From: a virus
Strand: one strand, 5' to 3'
Length of the DNA: 64,000 nucleotides
Virus record (IMG/VR): IMGVR_UViG_3300025759_000081
Coordinates: 2,558-66,557 of that record
Under the pieces are notes generated by a model. It had not been told where the DNA came from, ran no database searches, and saw nothing but the letters and a program-made list of their open reading frames with translations. Made by a program: the position numbers and the translations under genes. Positions 43,317-56,300 of this stretch are shown here, piece after piece (within the stretch, counting starts at the first letter, position 1; each line of letters begins with the position of its first letter).

Positions 43317-46300
43317 ATGCCAATCAATACTAATCTTAATACAGCACCATATTTTGATGATTTTGATCTAGAAAATCAATATTATAGAGTTTTATTTAAA
43401 CCAGGGTATGCGCTGCAAGCAAGAGAATTAACACAACTTCAATCTGTATTGCAATCGCAGATTGAACAATTTGGTGATAATATCTTTCAAGAAGGCAGTA
43501 TTGTTAAAGGCTGCAACTTTACAAACTTAAATGATCTAAAATTCGTAAGATTGCAAGATGATTCTGTTAACGAAGGAACAGAATTTAACCCAACAGAATT
43601 TATTAGTAGAAGAGTATCGACTATCGAACTTCCTGGTGGAGGCGTCGGCGCAGAAGAAATTGAATATGATTGGGTTTTTCAAATTGTTGGTGCAACCACC
43701 GGCCTTATAGCAAACGTTGTTTCTGCAGCCCAAGGTTTTGAATCTAGACCACCAGATCTCAATACGTTCTTTATTAATTATTTAAATTCTAACGAAAGCG
43801 CTGGATATAAAGAATTCCAAGATGGTGAATTACTTACAATCAATAAGTATTGGTATAAGACCGGTGTTCTTGAGCCTACTGAAACAAATCCGGTTTATTC
43901 AGAATCTGGTGTTGATCAAATTGCATGCTCACAATTAGCACCAGCGCTTTTAGCAACAGGAAATTCTTTTGGTGTTCAAGCAGCGCCAGGTGTTATTTTC
44001 CAAAAAGGACATTTTCTTTTTGCCGATGCACAAACACTTGTTGTTTCTAAATACGATGGCGCACCAGATGGAAAGGCTGTTGGCTATCAAGTTACTGAAA
44101 ATCTTGTTACTGCTTTACAAGATGCTAGTCTTTACGATAACGCGAATGGCTCAACTAATGAAAACGCGCCAGGCGCAGATAGATTAAGACTAACTCCTCA
44201 GCTAGTAGTTCTTAATCAAACCGTTGCAGATAATGATCCTACATTTTTTAGTTTAATTAAATACAGAAACGGTAATGCCGTTACTATTCGAGACGTCTCT
44301 CAATATAATGTTATTGGTACTGAGATGGCTAGAAGAACATACGAAGAATCTGGCAATTATATTCTTCAGGATTTTAATATTAAAACAGATAGAAGAAATG
44401 GCGACTTAAAGGCTCTCGTGGGTGCTGGTACAGCGTACGTTAAAGGTTACAGAGTAGAATCTACTTCTCCACAAGAATTTACTATCGATCCAATTTCTGG
44501 CACTGACACAATAGAACAAGTTCCAATTGGTGTTGATTATGGAAGCTTTATTAAATTAGATCCTGTTTCAGCGCACAATGGTGCATTAGAGCTCGATTTT
44601 ATCGCTGTAGATTTAATGAATAGCGGGACGCCAATTGGTACTGGATTTGTTGCAAACGTAACACCTACTAAGGTATACATTTTTGGCGCTCGAATGGATA
44701 ACGGACAATCATTTAGTAGCGTAAATAGAATTCGTAGAACATCTACTGGAACATATGTAGAGTTTTCTGCAGGCGCAACTCTTGAAGAATCACGGCGTGC
44801 TCCTAAAGTTTTTACATCAGGTATGACTAATGTTTCTGCAACTTCTAACGTCACAATACCAGAACGTAAAGTAGTTACTGGCGCAACTCCTACAGGAAAC
44901 GATTTTGTATTAACACCAGCGGGTGGAAATAACTTTGCACTTAATCAAAGTGATGTTTTAGTTATTGATGGAAGTGGTGTTTATCACGCAGTATCTAATA
45001 TTTCATACAATGTTGGCTTCACACAAATGACAATTACTTGTGCCACAACGCCGGCTTCAGGCGCTACTATTTTCTATAATGAAAATAATGTAGGTGTCAC
45101 ACCTTATGGTAAAGTTAGCGCAACCACTACCGTAAGGCCAACATATCAGTCAAATAAGAAAAGATATTCTCTCGGTGCACCTGACGTTTATAGGTTAGTA
45201 AGTGTAACAGACGTGAATGGTCGTGATGTTACGCCAAGTTTCAGATTAATTAATAACCAAAAAGATCATTACTACGATTGGTCTTATATTGAATATGTAT
45301 CAGGTTCAGGAGAACCACCAGCAGGAACAGTCATTGAAGTAGAAATTGAAGTATTCCAAATTAATTCAACAACAGGTGAATATTATTTCACTGTTGACAG
45401 TTATCCTAACGGATTAAATCCAAGCGATATTCCAATTTATGTCGCAGAAAATGGTAACAGATACAACTTAAGAGAGTGTTTTGACTTCAGACCTTACATT
45501 AGTCCACATCCAAGCTTTGGCTATGTAGATGTTGGTGCTAATTTTATTAACGATAACGTTGATACTCTCGATAGAGACTTTACTACTTGGGGAGCACCAT
45601 TAGTTCCAGCACAAGGATCATACGGACAAGCAGATATTGATTATTATTTGTCAAGATATGATCTTATTGTATTAAGCTCTTATGGCAACATGGAACTTAT
45701 CAAAGGTGAAGAAGAATTAACGGCTGCACCGCCAAAAGTTGAATCCGATAAACTGGCAATTGCAGAAATTTTTATTCCCGGAAATCCTGCGTTAAGTCAA
45801 GCTGAAGCTGCAAATCAAGGTAAAAGGGAATACGGAGTAAAAGCGAAACCTTTGGGCGCTCGAAATTATACGATGAAAGATCTTCAAAAAATTGAAAGAA
45901 AAATTGAAGGCTTAGAATATTATATTTCATTAAATCAATTAGAATCAGAAACTTCTAATTTAGTAGTTACTGACGAAAATGGTTTAAACAGATTTAAAAA
46001 TGGATTTGTTGTAGAGCCATTTAACGATTTGAATTTAGCCGATATTCGAAATCCTCGATATAGCGCAGCAGTCAAATTTAATCAAAAGATTCTTACTCCA
46101 GCAGTTATAACGTTCCCAATTGATTTGAAATATGCTAGCTCAACTAATTCATCTATTTTCCCTGCGCTTGGAGATACTCAAGTAGTTACACTTGAAAGAA
46201 ATTCTCACGTAGATATTATCAATCAACCATTCGCTACAAACTCAAGAAATTGCGTAAGTAATTTTTATAAGTACGTAGGTTTAGGATACGTATCTCCTCC

Positions 46301-48686
46301 TTATGATGGGGCTTACGACACTACAGTTAATCCTGTTAATATCGATATAGATTTAACTGAGCCTTTAACTGAGCTTATTGATAACATTCAAGAAATTTCG
46401 CCATTAACAGACACTACAGTTACTACTACTGGCGCAAATGTATGGACCGGTGGTGGTACACAGACTACAGTAACTTCAAGCTTAGAAATTTCTGGCGGGG
46501 CATCTATTACACAAGAAGTTGGAGAGTTCGTTACAGACTTTTCAATGAATCCTTACATGGCTGCACGAGATATTAAAATCTTTATGTCGGGTTTGAGACC
46601 AGATACAAGACATTATTTTTGGTTTGATAAAGTAGACATTAATAATAGAGTCCATCCTGGCTCAGCAGCAAATAAAGTAGAACTTGTATCACGACAAGGT
46701 GCTAGAGGTGCTGCAGTTACTTCAGATTCAAATGGAGTATTAAGAGCAGTCTTTGCATTGCCTGCAAATACGTTCTTTGTTGGTGAAAGAATATTAGAAA
46801 TTTATGATGTTAGTCAATATACAAATATCGAATCTGCTTCTACTTCTGGAGGTTTTTGCTCTTATAACGCATATAATTTTTCAATCGAAAAAGCTTCATT
46901 AACTGCAACAACGAGATTCCCAACTTATGATGTTTCTCAGGTTACTACAGTAAGGAACTTACCACAAAGACCAATAGTAACTAACGATCCATTAGCACAA
47001 ACATTCTTTATTAAAGAAGGAATGGGTGCAGGATCTAAAACAGTTTATGTTTCTAAAATTGATTTGTACTTTAAGAGAAAGAGTGCGATCAACGGCGTTA
47101 CGGTTCAATTAAGAGAAGTCTTAAATGGATATCCTACAAGCAAGATTATTCCTTTCTCATCTATTCATCTTACGGCTGGGGAAGTAGCAACATCAGATGA
47201 TGCATCTGCAGTAACAACTGTTGAATTCCAAGCACCTGTAAGACTTGATACTGAAAAAGAATATTGTTTTGTTGTTCAGCCAGATGCTAACGATCCAGAT
47301 TATTTGATCTTTACATCTAAGGTTGGTAATTTAGACTTAACGCCTGGACCAACTAACGGACTTCCGGTAGTACAAGATTGGGGTGACGGTGTTCTCTTTA
47401 CTTCGACTAATAACAGAGCCTGGAAATCTTATCAAGACGAAGATGTTAAATTTACTCTATATCGTCATAATTTTAATCAGTCTAGTGGTTCTGTTACCCT
47501 TACGAATAATGACAATGAGTTTTTAACAGTATCTAATCCAACTGGTAGATTCGACAAAGGTGAAATGATTTATGCTCTTAAGCCTTTACAAGGTTCTACG
47601 CAGTCTAACATTAGTATGGTTCTTGGAACAAACATTATTACTGGTGTAGACTTAGATGATACTTATCAAGTTGGTGAATACATTTTCGTTGAAAACGCAG
47701 GACAAACTGAAAAAGATCTTTTTGAAATTGAATTAGTAACTGCCACACAAATTACCACAGTTAAACCATCATCGTTCACAACTAACATTACGGGTGGAAC
47801 TGGTACTCCGGCGGTTGTCGGCAATTTATCTTATTATAATTTTAGAAATCCAACTACAATGTACTTAGAAGCTTCCTCTGCATCTACAAAAGTTTTCGCA
47901 GCTAGCGATACTATTGTTGGTCTTGATAGTGACTCTCAAGCTACTATCGTTTCAGTAGATGATATTTCTATTAGTTATTTTCAGCCGCTTATTAACAAAT
48001 CAAATGATGCAGCTACAAAAACTACTCTTACAGGAGAGTTTATTGATCCAGCCGCGCCATTATCTTCTTATACAACACCGCTTAAATTTGCTGACGATAA
48101 TGTGTTTAATACGAAAGGTGCACTTATCTATAGTCATTCAAATGATCCAACAAACTTAAAAGCATTCAATATAATAGTAAACGCCCAAAACGGTGGAAAT
48201 AATACTAGTACTCCAATTATTGACGTTGAAACTTCTAAGCTTTTATGTTATCAATATAAAATTACTAATAGCCCAGATACTACTGCAGCTTACATTGGTA
48301 AAAGAATTGAGCTTGCTGCAGATTTAGATGCAGAAGACATTCAAGTTATATTGACTGCCTATAAGCCAATTGATACCGATATTAAAGTTTATGCTCGACC
48401 ACAAAATATTCACGATAGTGATAGTTTTGATTCGATTCCTTGGATTGAATTAGAATTAATAGAAGGAGTTGGAGTTTTTTCTTCTTCTACAAATATAAGA
48501 GACTGGAGAGAATTTACGTATAAAATTCCAGATTCATCTAAGGTTGGCGGGGTTACTAGTTATGTAACACCTACAGGTGGAACGTTTGAAGGATTTAGGA
48601 GGTTTGCAATTAAAATTGAATTGTTGTCTGAAAACAATTATGTCGTTCCAAGATGTAAAGACTTTAGAGCATTGGCACTATCATGA
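43317..48686 (+). CDS. Large VrlC-like (DUF4815-type) structural protein
   Basis: N.APYFDDF.....YYRVLFKPG..LQARELTQLQS.LQ.Q...FG, A.G..AYVKGY.V, NRFKNGF.V..F, and DPLAQTF. Confidence 0.8.
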   Translation: MPINTNLNTAPYFDDFDLENQYYRVLFKPGYALQARELTQLQSVLQSQIEQFGDNIFQEGSIVKGCNFTNLNDLKFVRLQDDSVNEGTEFNPTEFISRRVSTIELPGGGVGAEEIEYDWVFQIVGATTGLIANVVSAAQGFESRPPDLNTFFINYLNSNESAGYKEFQDGELLTINKYWYKTGVLEPTETNPVYSESGVDQIACSQLAPALLATGNSFGVQAAPGVIFQKGHFLFADAQTLVVSKYDGAPDGKAVGYQVTENLVTALQDASLYDNANGSTNENAPGADRLRLTPQLVVLNQTVADNDPTFFSLIKYRNGNAVTIRDVSQYNVIGTEMARRTYEESGNYILQDFNIKTDRRNGDLKALVGAGTAYVKGYRVESTSPQEFTIDPISGTDTIEQVPIGVDYGSFIKLDPVSAHNGALELDFIAVDLMNSGTPIGTGFVANVTPTKVYIFGARMDNGQSFSSVNRIRRTSTGTYVEFSAGATLEESRRAPKVFTSGMTNVSATSNVTIPERKVVTGATPTGNDFVLTPAGGNNFALNQSDVLVIDGSGVYHAVSNISYNVGFTQMTITCATTPASGATIFYNENNVGVTPYGKVSATTTVRPTYQSNKKRYSLGAPDVYRLVSVTDVNGRDVTPSFRLINNQKDHYYDWSYIEYVSGSGEPPAGTVIEVEIEVFQINSTTGEYYFTVDSYPNGLNPSDIPIYVAENGNRYNLRECFDFRPYISPHPSFGYVDVGANFINDNVDTLDRDFTTWGAPLVPAQGSYGQADIDYYLSRYDLIVLSSYGNMELIKGEEELTAAPPKVESDKLAIAEIFIPGNPALSQAEAANQGKREYGVKAKPLGARNYTMKDLQKIERKIEGLEYYISLNQLESETSNLVVTDENGLNRFKNGFVVEPFNDLNLADIRNPRYSAAVKFNQKILTPAVITFPIDLKYASSTNSSIFPALGDTQVVTLERNSHVDIINQPFATNSRNCVSNFYKYVGLGYVSPPYDGAYDTTVNPVNIDIDLTEPLTELIDNIQEISPLTDTTVTTTGANVWTGGGTQTTVTSSLEISGGASITQEVGEFVTDFSMNPYMAARDIKIFMSGLRPDTRHYFWFDKVDINNRVHPGSAANKVELVSRQGARGAAVTSDSNGVLRAVFALPANTFFVGERILEIYDVSQYTNIESASTSGGFCSYNAYNFSIEKASLTATTRFPTYDVSQVTTVRNLPQRPIVTNDPLAQTFFIKEGMGAGSKTVYVSKIDLYFKRKSAINGVTVQLREVLNGYPTSKIIPFSSIHLTAGEVATSDDASAVTTVEFQAPVRLDTEKEYCFVVQPDANDPDYLIFTSKVGNLDLTPGPTNGLPVVQDWGDGVLFTSTNNRAWKSYQDEDVKFTLYRHNFNQSSGSVTLTNNDNEFLTVSNPTGRFDKGEMIYALKPLQGSTQSNISMVLGTNIITGVDLDDTYQVGEYIFVENAGQTEKDLFEIELVTATQITTVKPSSFTTNITGGTGTPAVVGNLSYYNFRNPTTMYLEASSASTKVFAASDTIVGLDSDSQATIVSVDDISISYFQPLINKSNDAATKTTLTGEFIDPAAPLSSYTTPLKFADDNVFNTKGALIYSHSNDPTNLKAFNIIVNAQNGGNNTSTPIIDVETSKLLCYQYKITNSPDTTAAYIGKRIELAADLDAEDIQVILTAYKPIDTDIKVYARPQNIHDSDSFDSIPWIELELIEGVGVFSSSTNIRDWREFTYKIPDSSKVGGVTSYVTPTGGTFEGFRRFAIKIELLSENNYVVPRCKDFRALALS

Positions 48687-48877
48687 GCGATTTTAAAAAA
48701 GATCCTAGTAGCGGTGCAGTTTTAAATACTGATCGTGAAGCCTTAAATAAATACAAATTAGAAAGAGCGTATTATAGAAAAATAGATACGCTCTATCATG
48801 ACGTAGTTGAAATTAAAAAGACTATCCTTGCTATAAGCGAAAGAATAGAAAAATTGGAATCAAAAGAAAATGTCTAA
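48683..48877 (+). CDS. Small conserved hypothetical protein
   Basis: KKDP.SGAVLNTD...L..Y; overlaps both neighbours. Confidence 0.7.
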   Translation: MSDFKKDPSSGAVLNTDREALNKYKLERAYYRKIDTLYHDVVEIKKTILAISERIEKLESKENV

Positions 48878-50297
48878 AGCTATAACAAATATTACAACTA
48901 GCCAAACGTTTCAAGCTTGGTTTGAAAAAACCAATGAAATGGTAGATATTTTTGCATCTGACGCAGTAACCGCATCTGCTAGTGGTGATACAACAACCGG
49001 AAGTGCTACTTTAACAGGTAATTTTACAGCTGATACGTTGATCGGTAATGTTTCGACAGATCAAATATCAGCGGCTACACCTGGACAAACGATTACATCA
49101 TCAGCACCAATTTCGATTACAAATGGGTCGGGAGCAACATGCGCAACTTTTAATTATGGCTCTGGTGGTGGAAGAACGAGTTATACAAATGGGTCGTTAA
49201 CTTGGGAAACTGGTTTAGAAAGCAATTCCCCAGGTAATTTTATTATCGATACAGGATCCGGTACTCGAAAGTTTTTATTATCAACAACGGGCGCGCTTAC
49301 TGTTCCCTATCTAACAACAACTGACACTATTACATGTGGCACAGATATGGATGTGAGTGGAACACTTACAGTTGATGGTTTGGCAACGTTTAGTGGCGGA
49401 ATCGATGGATTAGATACTACGGGTGTAACAGAAGACCCTAGTGGAACATACTCATCTGGCACTTTATATTTTACAAGAGCAAGGGCTGGAGAAGCACTCA
49501 GTTCTGGCACAAACATTTCTTTAACTGATGTTGCCGATGATAAAAAACAAATTAGTGTATCAAATACGCCAGCTTTTACAACTATTAGAGTAGCTGAGGG
49601 AGTTGCAACGAACGGATTCGACGCATCTGGTCTAGGTGCTCAATTAACTACGATTTCAACCGGCACTGGTGGGTTTGATGAAACCCGTGCGGTGATTAAT
49701 GTTGGACACGGTCCAAATGCACTTGGTAATGGTCCAAGCCAATATCTGAAAGCAATGGAGATTGGTTTTATACAATCGTCAGTTCCAAACAAATTTTATG
49801 TAGGATCAGACCTTTACGTTGGCGGTGATATTAGCCACGGATCCGGAGCTGAGCCTGCGTACATTTTGGTTAGGAATCAGATAAGAATAAACAGCTCGGA
49901 TAGTGCAGGTCTCGGAGAAACAATTCGATTAAATGGTGAAGACGGATCTATCGTTGCCGAAGGCGATATCACAGCGTTTGGTTCAGTATCTGATATTAAT
50001 TTAAAAGAAAACATTGAGGTTATTCCCAACGCACTCGATAAAGTAGCACAAATTAGAGGTGTTACGTTTAACTACAAAGATAAGCCTAAAGAAAAAATGA
50101 CTGGCTTGATCGCTCAAGAAGTAGAACAAATACTTCCAGGAGTTGTTTATAATGTTGAAAATGACAATAAGACAAATTTCAAAGCTCTTCGTTATGGACA
50201 GGTTGTTGGACTTCTCGTAGAAGCAATTAAAGAACTTCAAACAAAAGTGGACGAACTGGAGAAAAAATGCTCGTGTAATAACGATCAGAATTCTTAG
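48870..50297 (+). CDS. Tail fibre with C-terminal intramolecular chaperone (peptidase S74)
   Basis: GDITAFGSVSDINLKENI..I.NAL..V..I.GV.F, G.IAQEVE..LP.VV and LLVEAIKEL coiled coil. Confidence 0.85.
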   Translation: MSKAITNITTSQTFQAWFEKTNEMVDIFASDAVTASASGDTTTGSATLTGNFTADTLIGNVSTDQISAATPGQTITSSAPISITNGSGATCATFNYGSGGGRTSYTNGSLTWETGLESNSPGNFIIDTGSGTRKFLLSTTGALTVPYLTTTDTITCGTDMDVSGTLTVDGLATFSGGIDGLDTTGVTEDPSGTYSSGTLYFTRARAGEALSSGTNISLTDVADDKKQISVSNTPAFTTIRVAEGVATNGFDASGLGAQLTTISTGTGGFDETRAVINVGHGPNALGNGPSQYLKAMEIGFIQSSVPNKFYVGSDLYVGGDISHGSGAEPAYILVRNQIRINSSDSAGLGETIRLNGEDGSIVAEGDITAFGSVSDINLKENIEVIPNALDKVAQIRGVTFNYKDKPKEKMTGLIAQEVEQILPGVVYNVENDNKTNFKALRYGQVVGLLVEAIKELQTKVDELEKKCSCNNDQNS

Positions 50298-50316
50298 TAA
50301 ATTGATTATTTGGTCT

Positions 50317-50324
50317 TATAAATA
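50317..50324 (+). promoter_or_regulatory. Late promoter TATAAATA for the 4141-aa gene
   Basis: Exact consensus 31 nt upstream of the ATG at 50355. Confidence 0.72.
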
Positions 50325-50354
50325 AGAAATAACGATAAGGTACAAGGCTAAAGC

Positions 50355-53300
50355 ATGGCTAAGATTTCAGAATTACCTCCTATTACTGGTGCCAATACCA
50401 GAACAGAAGACCTGTTCGTTATCGTCAATCTTGTTCAAGGTGACGATGGTACTAGTAATATTACTAGAAAGGAATTAGTCGAAGCAATTCAGTACGAGAT
50501 ATTCTCTCGCATTACAATCACTGGAGGTACTATCTCTGGTGTAACCATGTTTAATTCTCTTATTCGTAACGTCGTCATTGACGATTCGAATATAGAAGAC
50601 TCTTTCATAACTCGCACAGATTTTAATGAAGGTACTTTAAGAAATTCTGATGGTGACAATTTAGATATTATTAATTCAACGTTTAATGAAGGTACATTAG
50701 ACGATAACGATCAAACAAATCAACGAATTTCGGATTCTTCATTTACCCTTGGCTCGATTACAGATAGCACAGCAGCTAATGTAACAATCACAGATTCTTC
50801 ATATAGTGATGGCGTAATTTTTGACGTTGTTGCTAATACGATGACGATTACTGATTCATCTTTTGATGACGGTACTGCAAATAATATTGTTATCACCAAC
50901 TCTGAGTTTAATGATGGCACTGGTAACAATGTCGTACTAACAAACTCTACTATCGATGATTCGACAATCACTGATTCAACTGCCAACAATGTTTCGATTA
51001 CTCAATCGACATTTACTGATGGTGCAATCTTCGATAGCACAGCAAACAACGTTACAATTACACAATCAGTATTTGATCTTGGTGACGTTACTAATTCAAA
51101 TGGTGATAATTTAACTATCATTAACTCTTCGTTTGCTGATGGTACAATTACTACAACTGATATTACTAGTAGCAATTTTTCGAATGGTGATATTTTTGAT
51201 TCTAATGCCAACAACGTAACAATTACACAATCATTGTTTACTGATGGTAATATCACCGATTCTAATGCCAACAACGTAACAATTACACAATCATTGTTTA
51301 CTGATGGTAATATCACCGATTCTAATGCTAATAATGTAACGATTACGCAATCATTATTTACTGATGGCACTATTACAGATTCAACCGCTAATAATGTAAC
51401 GATTACTCAGTCAGATTTTAGCGATGGAACTGGAAACAACAATTTATTTACTAGCACCACACTCGATAATTCTATTATCATTAACTCCGATTTTAGTGAT
51501 GGTACTGGTAATAATAACGTATTTACTAATACAACGTTAGATCAATCAACTATTCAAAACTCTATTGGTCTCGATCTTAATATTAGCGAATCAAAGTTTG
51601 ATGAAGGTACTTTATCTCAATCTACCTTCTCAGGCGGTCAAATTATTGACTCGGAACTTGCTAACTTCGAAATGGAGTTGGAAGAAATCTTTGATCCTAA
51701 TATAGACGAAGAGTCTTGGTTTGCATTAAAGAACGTGCAAACCGGTGAAACTGAAAAAATTACTTATAGACAGTTCTTTGATGAGATTTCTAAAACAGTT
51801 TCTCAAGCTCTTAAAATTCACGTAGATGCATCATCTGGTAGAGATGAGTGGCCGGGTAGTTCACTTCAGCCCGTTAAAACATTGGAAAGAGCTTGTGAAT
51901 TAGCCCTTGAAAAGGCCGGCGGTGTATTTGATAGAAACGATGTTAATAATGCTGTACATATTTCTGTTGGCCCAGGGACTTATTACACTAAGGGTAATCT
52001 TGCAATTCCAGATGATTGTTCTGCAACATCTACATCTGGACAATACGCCACAGTAATCGAGGCTTTGCCTGGTTACGAAAACAGCAACTGTTGGCTAGTA
52101 GGTTCAGGTTGTTATTTACAGGGTTTCTCATATACGAATTGGAAAGTTGACAACTTCGATTATCCAGAAGGTGGATTTGCTGTAGCTTATCGACCCGGCG
52201 CAAAACTAAGACGTTCACCATATTTGAGGGACTCATCTCAGCTATCTAACTTCTTACGTGCTGATGTAGAACCACCTCTCAACCCCTTCAATTCTAAGGG
52301 AACTATTGCTGACTTAGGTTTTGAATTCATTTTAGAAGTTGGACATACAGGACAATTTATTGAAGGTGATTGGATTAAATTCTCAAGCGGCGCTGAAGCC
52401 TATATTTCTTGGGACGATTCAATGGACGCCGCATTAGGTTTGCCTGGTGACTTAGCCACTTTGAGAAAAATCAGAGTTCGCAACCTTAAAAATGGTCAAG
52501 GCTACTCGATAGGAGATACTGTTTTAAGTCAATCTGGCGGCATTGGTACTATTGAATCTATTGGTATTGATGACTTTCCAAATAGAGAAGTTGGACGTGG
52601 TGGAGGTTGTTTCTTAGGAGATCGCCGTGTACTCGATCCAGATTCACTTTATACTTATTGTTTGTGTTTTGGTTTTACACCGCGTACTCAAAACGGCATC
52701 GGATATGTTGCTCGAGATGGTGCTGGTGTTAACGGTATTGGTTCATTGTCAATCTTCACACGTTGTGCATTTTATGCATTGAACGGCGGTCAGGTCACGT
52801 TGAACAACTCGGGTTCTCAGTTTGGTGACATTTCAATGAGAGCTAAAGGATCTACACGAGTCTTCCAACCAAAAGGGATGAACGAAGCATTACTTCTTAA
52901 GAACGAAGCTTTTGCTGATACAATTCAAGAAAATGCAAACACTATCATTGATGACGTCGTTGATTTCTTAACTGCAAACACCGCAGACGGTGGATTAGGT
53001 TATACCGGATATAATGCAGGAAAATGTGAAAGAGACGCTGGAATTATTATTGATGGTGTTGGATTAGACGTACAATTAAATTCAAACTATTGGGGTAGAC
53101 TTGCAGGTATTACATATCGAAGCCCAATTTCATATACAGTTATTAATGACCAATTAGAACCAACCATAGGTGCTAATCAATATCTTCAAGAAAGAATTCA
53201 AAACATATTTTCTACTAACTCGGAAATTATATCTCGAGCAAATACGAGTTTCCAAGAACTTTATAATATTACTGAATACGGTGAAGAATATGATAATGGA

Positions 53301-56300
53301 TTAATTTTAACGCCTACCGGCAATACTCAAATGACTGCCGCTGCAGAGTTAATCCAAGACAACAAAGAATTTATTCAAAACGAATTTATCGATTGGATTG
53401 ATAATAACGATTTATATTTTACTTATGATAGTGCTAAGTGTCGTAGAGATACCGAGGATTATATTATTCCTGCTGTTTATTACGATACATTATTAGACAC
53501 TAACTATAATTCAATCACAGCTGGTGGCGCATACTATATGTCAACGGCTGCTAAAGTTATTGACAAACAAAAAGAAGAAACAATATCAGCTTATAAGAGG
53601 CTTAAAGATCAAATTAACTTGGTCGTAGAAAATATTTCTCCTGAAGCTACAATTAAAACTGATAAATCAATGGACTATATCATTGATATTTTAGCTAATG
53701 CTGGAATTAAGTTTAGTCCTACCAATGCAACATATGATCCTATTACTGGATATATGATGTTAAAAATTGGAACTCATAGTTTACAAGTTGGACAAAAGAT
53801 TTTAATTGCTCCAAATAGCATTACATTCACTTGTTTGAGCGATAATAATGTTGTACAAATTTCTCATCCTCGAGTAACAGATCCAATTTATAATAAGCCA
53901 GTTTATATTGAAGCTGTAACTGGAACAACTATTACAGTTAACGTTGGTAATGCAAACGGTTATACTGGTGTTCATACGTTTGTAAGTGCTCAAGAAAATT
54001 CAATTTCAATCGTCGGCGAGGAAATTACTTTTAGTGATAACCCTGCTATTGACGTATCGAGAAGAAACGCTCGTAAACAACTTCAGTCAAATCGTGGTTA
54101 TATTGAAGATAATTTAGTTGGTTGGATCAATAATAACTATTATGTTTATGATCAAAACAAATGTAAGAGAGACACCAGCGAATATATTTTACCTGCTGTT
54201 CAAAGAGATCTTATATTAGGAACTAACTATAACTCTGTTCAGGCTGGAAAAACTTATTATACGGGCATTGCTTCTAAAGTAATTAATGATCAAAAAGTTG
54301 AAACATCATCTGCGTTCAGTGATCTTAAGTCTAATGTTCTTGCTCTAGTTTCTGATACTTCAAAAGATAGAGCTAATACAGCGTTTAATGAAATTATCGA
54401 TATTCTTGATAATGGATTAGGAAACGCAGATACGATTACATGGTCTGATCCAGCTTCTTATAGAGCAAGGTATACACCAACCTTTGCAACTTATAATCCT
54501 ACAAATGGCCAGGCAGTTATTACTCTCGGTAATCACAGCGTTGCTGTTGGAGAATATATTGAAATTCTTCCATACGGATTAACGTTTACTTGTTCGCAAG
54601 ACGGAGATGCAACGGAGCATTCTTATCCTAGAATTGGTGATGGAAACTACTTAGTACCAGTTGTCGTAACAGCAAATACTGCAACATCAATTACTTGTAA
54701 TGTAGGTGTAGGTGCTGGTGGAGTTCATACTTTTGTAAGCGCGCTTGAACAATCTGTTTCTTCTAGAAGTTATAACTCTAATGGACAATATGCAAGAGAG
54801 CAATTACAAGCAAATAGAAGTTTCTTGCAAGAAGAAGTAATTGCTTATCTTGACGCCAATTACTTTACATTCGATGGCGATAAGTGTTCTCGAGATACTG
54901 GTCTTATTTTAGATGCGGTTCGTAGAGATGTTGCAACTGGATCTAACTATAATTCGGTTTTTGCTGGATTAGCGTATCGATCAGGTAACGCTTCAACAGA
55001 AGTCGTGATTAATGAACAGCTTACAGAAACTGTAGCAGCAATTACTTATGTCAAGCTTCAAATTGCTCAAGAATTATCAGGTGCTTCTTTAACAAGATCT
55101 AACGCTGCGTTTGATGAAATTATTGATATTCTTAATAACGGCACAGGTAACGCCGATCCTATTACATTCGGCACTGCATCAGTTAGCGCTAACGAAGGGC
55201 AAGCTCAAGCTACACTTCAGGCAAACAAAACATTTTTACAGGCTGAAATTACCGCTTGGTTAGCTATCAACCATCCTAATCTAGTTTATGATCAAGCTAA
55301 ATGCGAAAGAGATGTTGGATATATTGTAGACTCAGCCTCTTGGGATATTTACAATGGTTCTAATGCAGCGTCAATTAATAATGCTAGACTTTATTTTGAT
55401 AACGCTGTAGCAATTTTACCAGAAGATCAAAGAGTTCCAACTTCAGAAGCGTTTAAGCATTTGGCCTACGTTGCTGGAGAGATTGTTCGAAATAACAGTG
55501 TTGTTCCTAGCGAGGGTAATGCACAATCTCAAACTCTTACGTCAGACGCTGGTATTACAGTTTCAGGAAAAGTACGATCATTAATTAGAATCGTAAGTGA
55601 TGCTATCGAAAGTGAAAGATTCGAGTTCCCGGCTTATGTAGAACCAACAACAGAAGCTGGTTTTGAAAATGCAGTAAGAGATATTTTTGGCCAGACTTTA
55701 CGTCTTCAAGATGACGTTATTGAGTATTTACAAAGAGATCAAAACGGTCTTGCTTATAACGAATCTAAGTGTAAAAGAGACATTGGTCTTATAGTTGACG
55801 CAATATGTAAAGATGTCGAATACGGTGGTAATGAATCTTCTATTGAAGCTGCTTTATATTATTTTGAAGCAAGATCTTCTTTTGATATTGCTGATAGCAC
55901 ACCTATCATTGAAAAGTTCAATATTCTTCCTCCTGAACAAAGAGCTCCAACACAGGCTGCGTTTACACATTTAGCAAGTGTTGCGAGTGATATTGTACAA
56001 GAAATTTCTGTTACACCAACTGCTGGTAATCTTATAACACAAGACACTACTGGAACCCCAGCAAACGCTGCAACTGGCGCAATTGTTTCTGATCTTATTA
56101 CAATTATTGTTGATAATATTGGAATTGGATCACCAGATAATATTCCTAGTATCATTGAACCTAACTTTGATCCTAATAGAACTGTAGCTAGACAAGCAAT
56201 TCAAGCCAATAAAGAATTCTTAACAAATGAAGTTATTAATTTCATCAACGACAAATACTTTGTTTATGATGATGCTAAGTGTTCAAGAGATGTTGGTTAT

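Noticed and set aside
51201-51380. 60-bp tandem repeats as a possible CRISPR array
   Set aside because: The units are contiguous with no unique spacers, are in frame in a coding region, and no cas genes are nearby.
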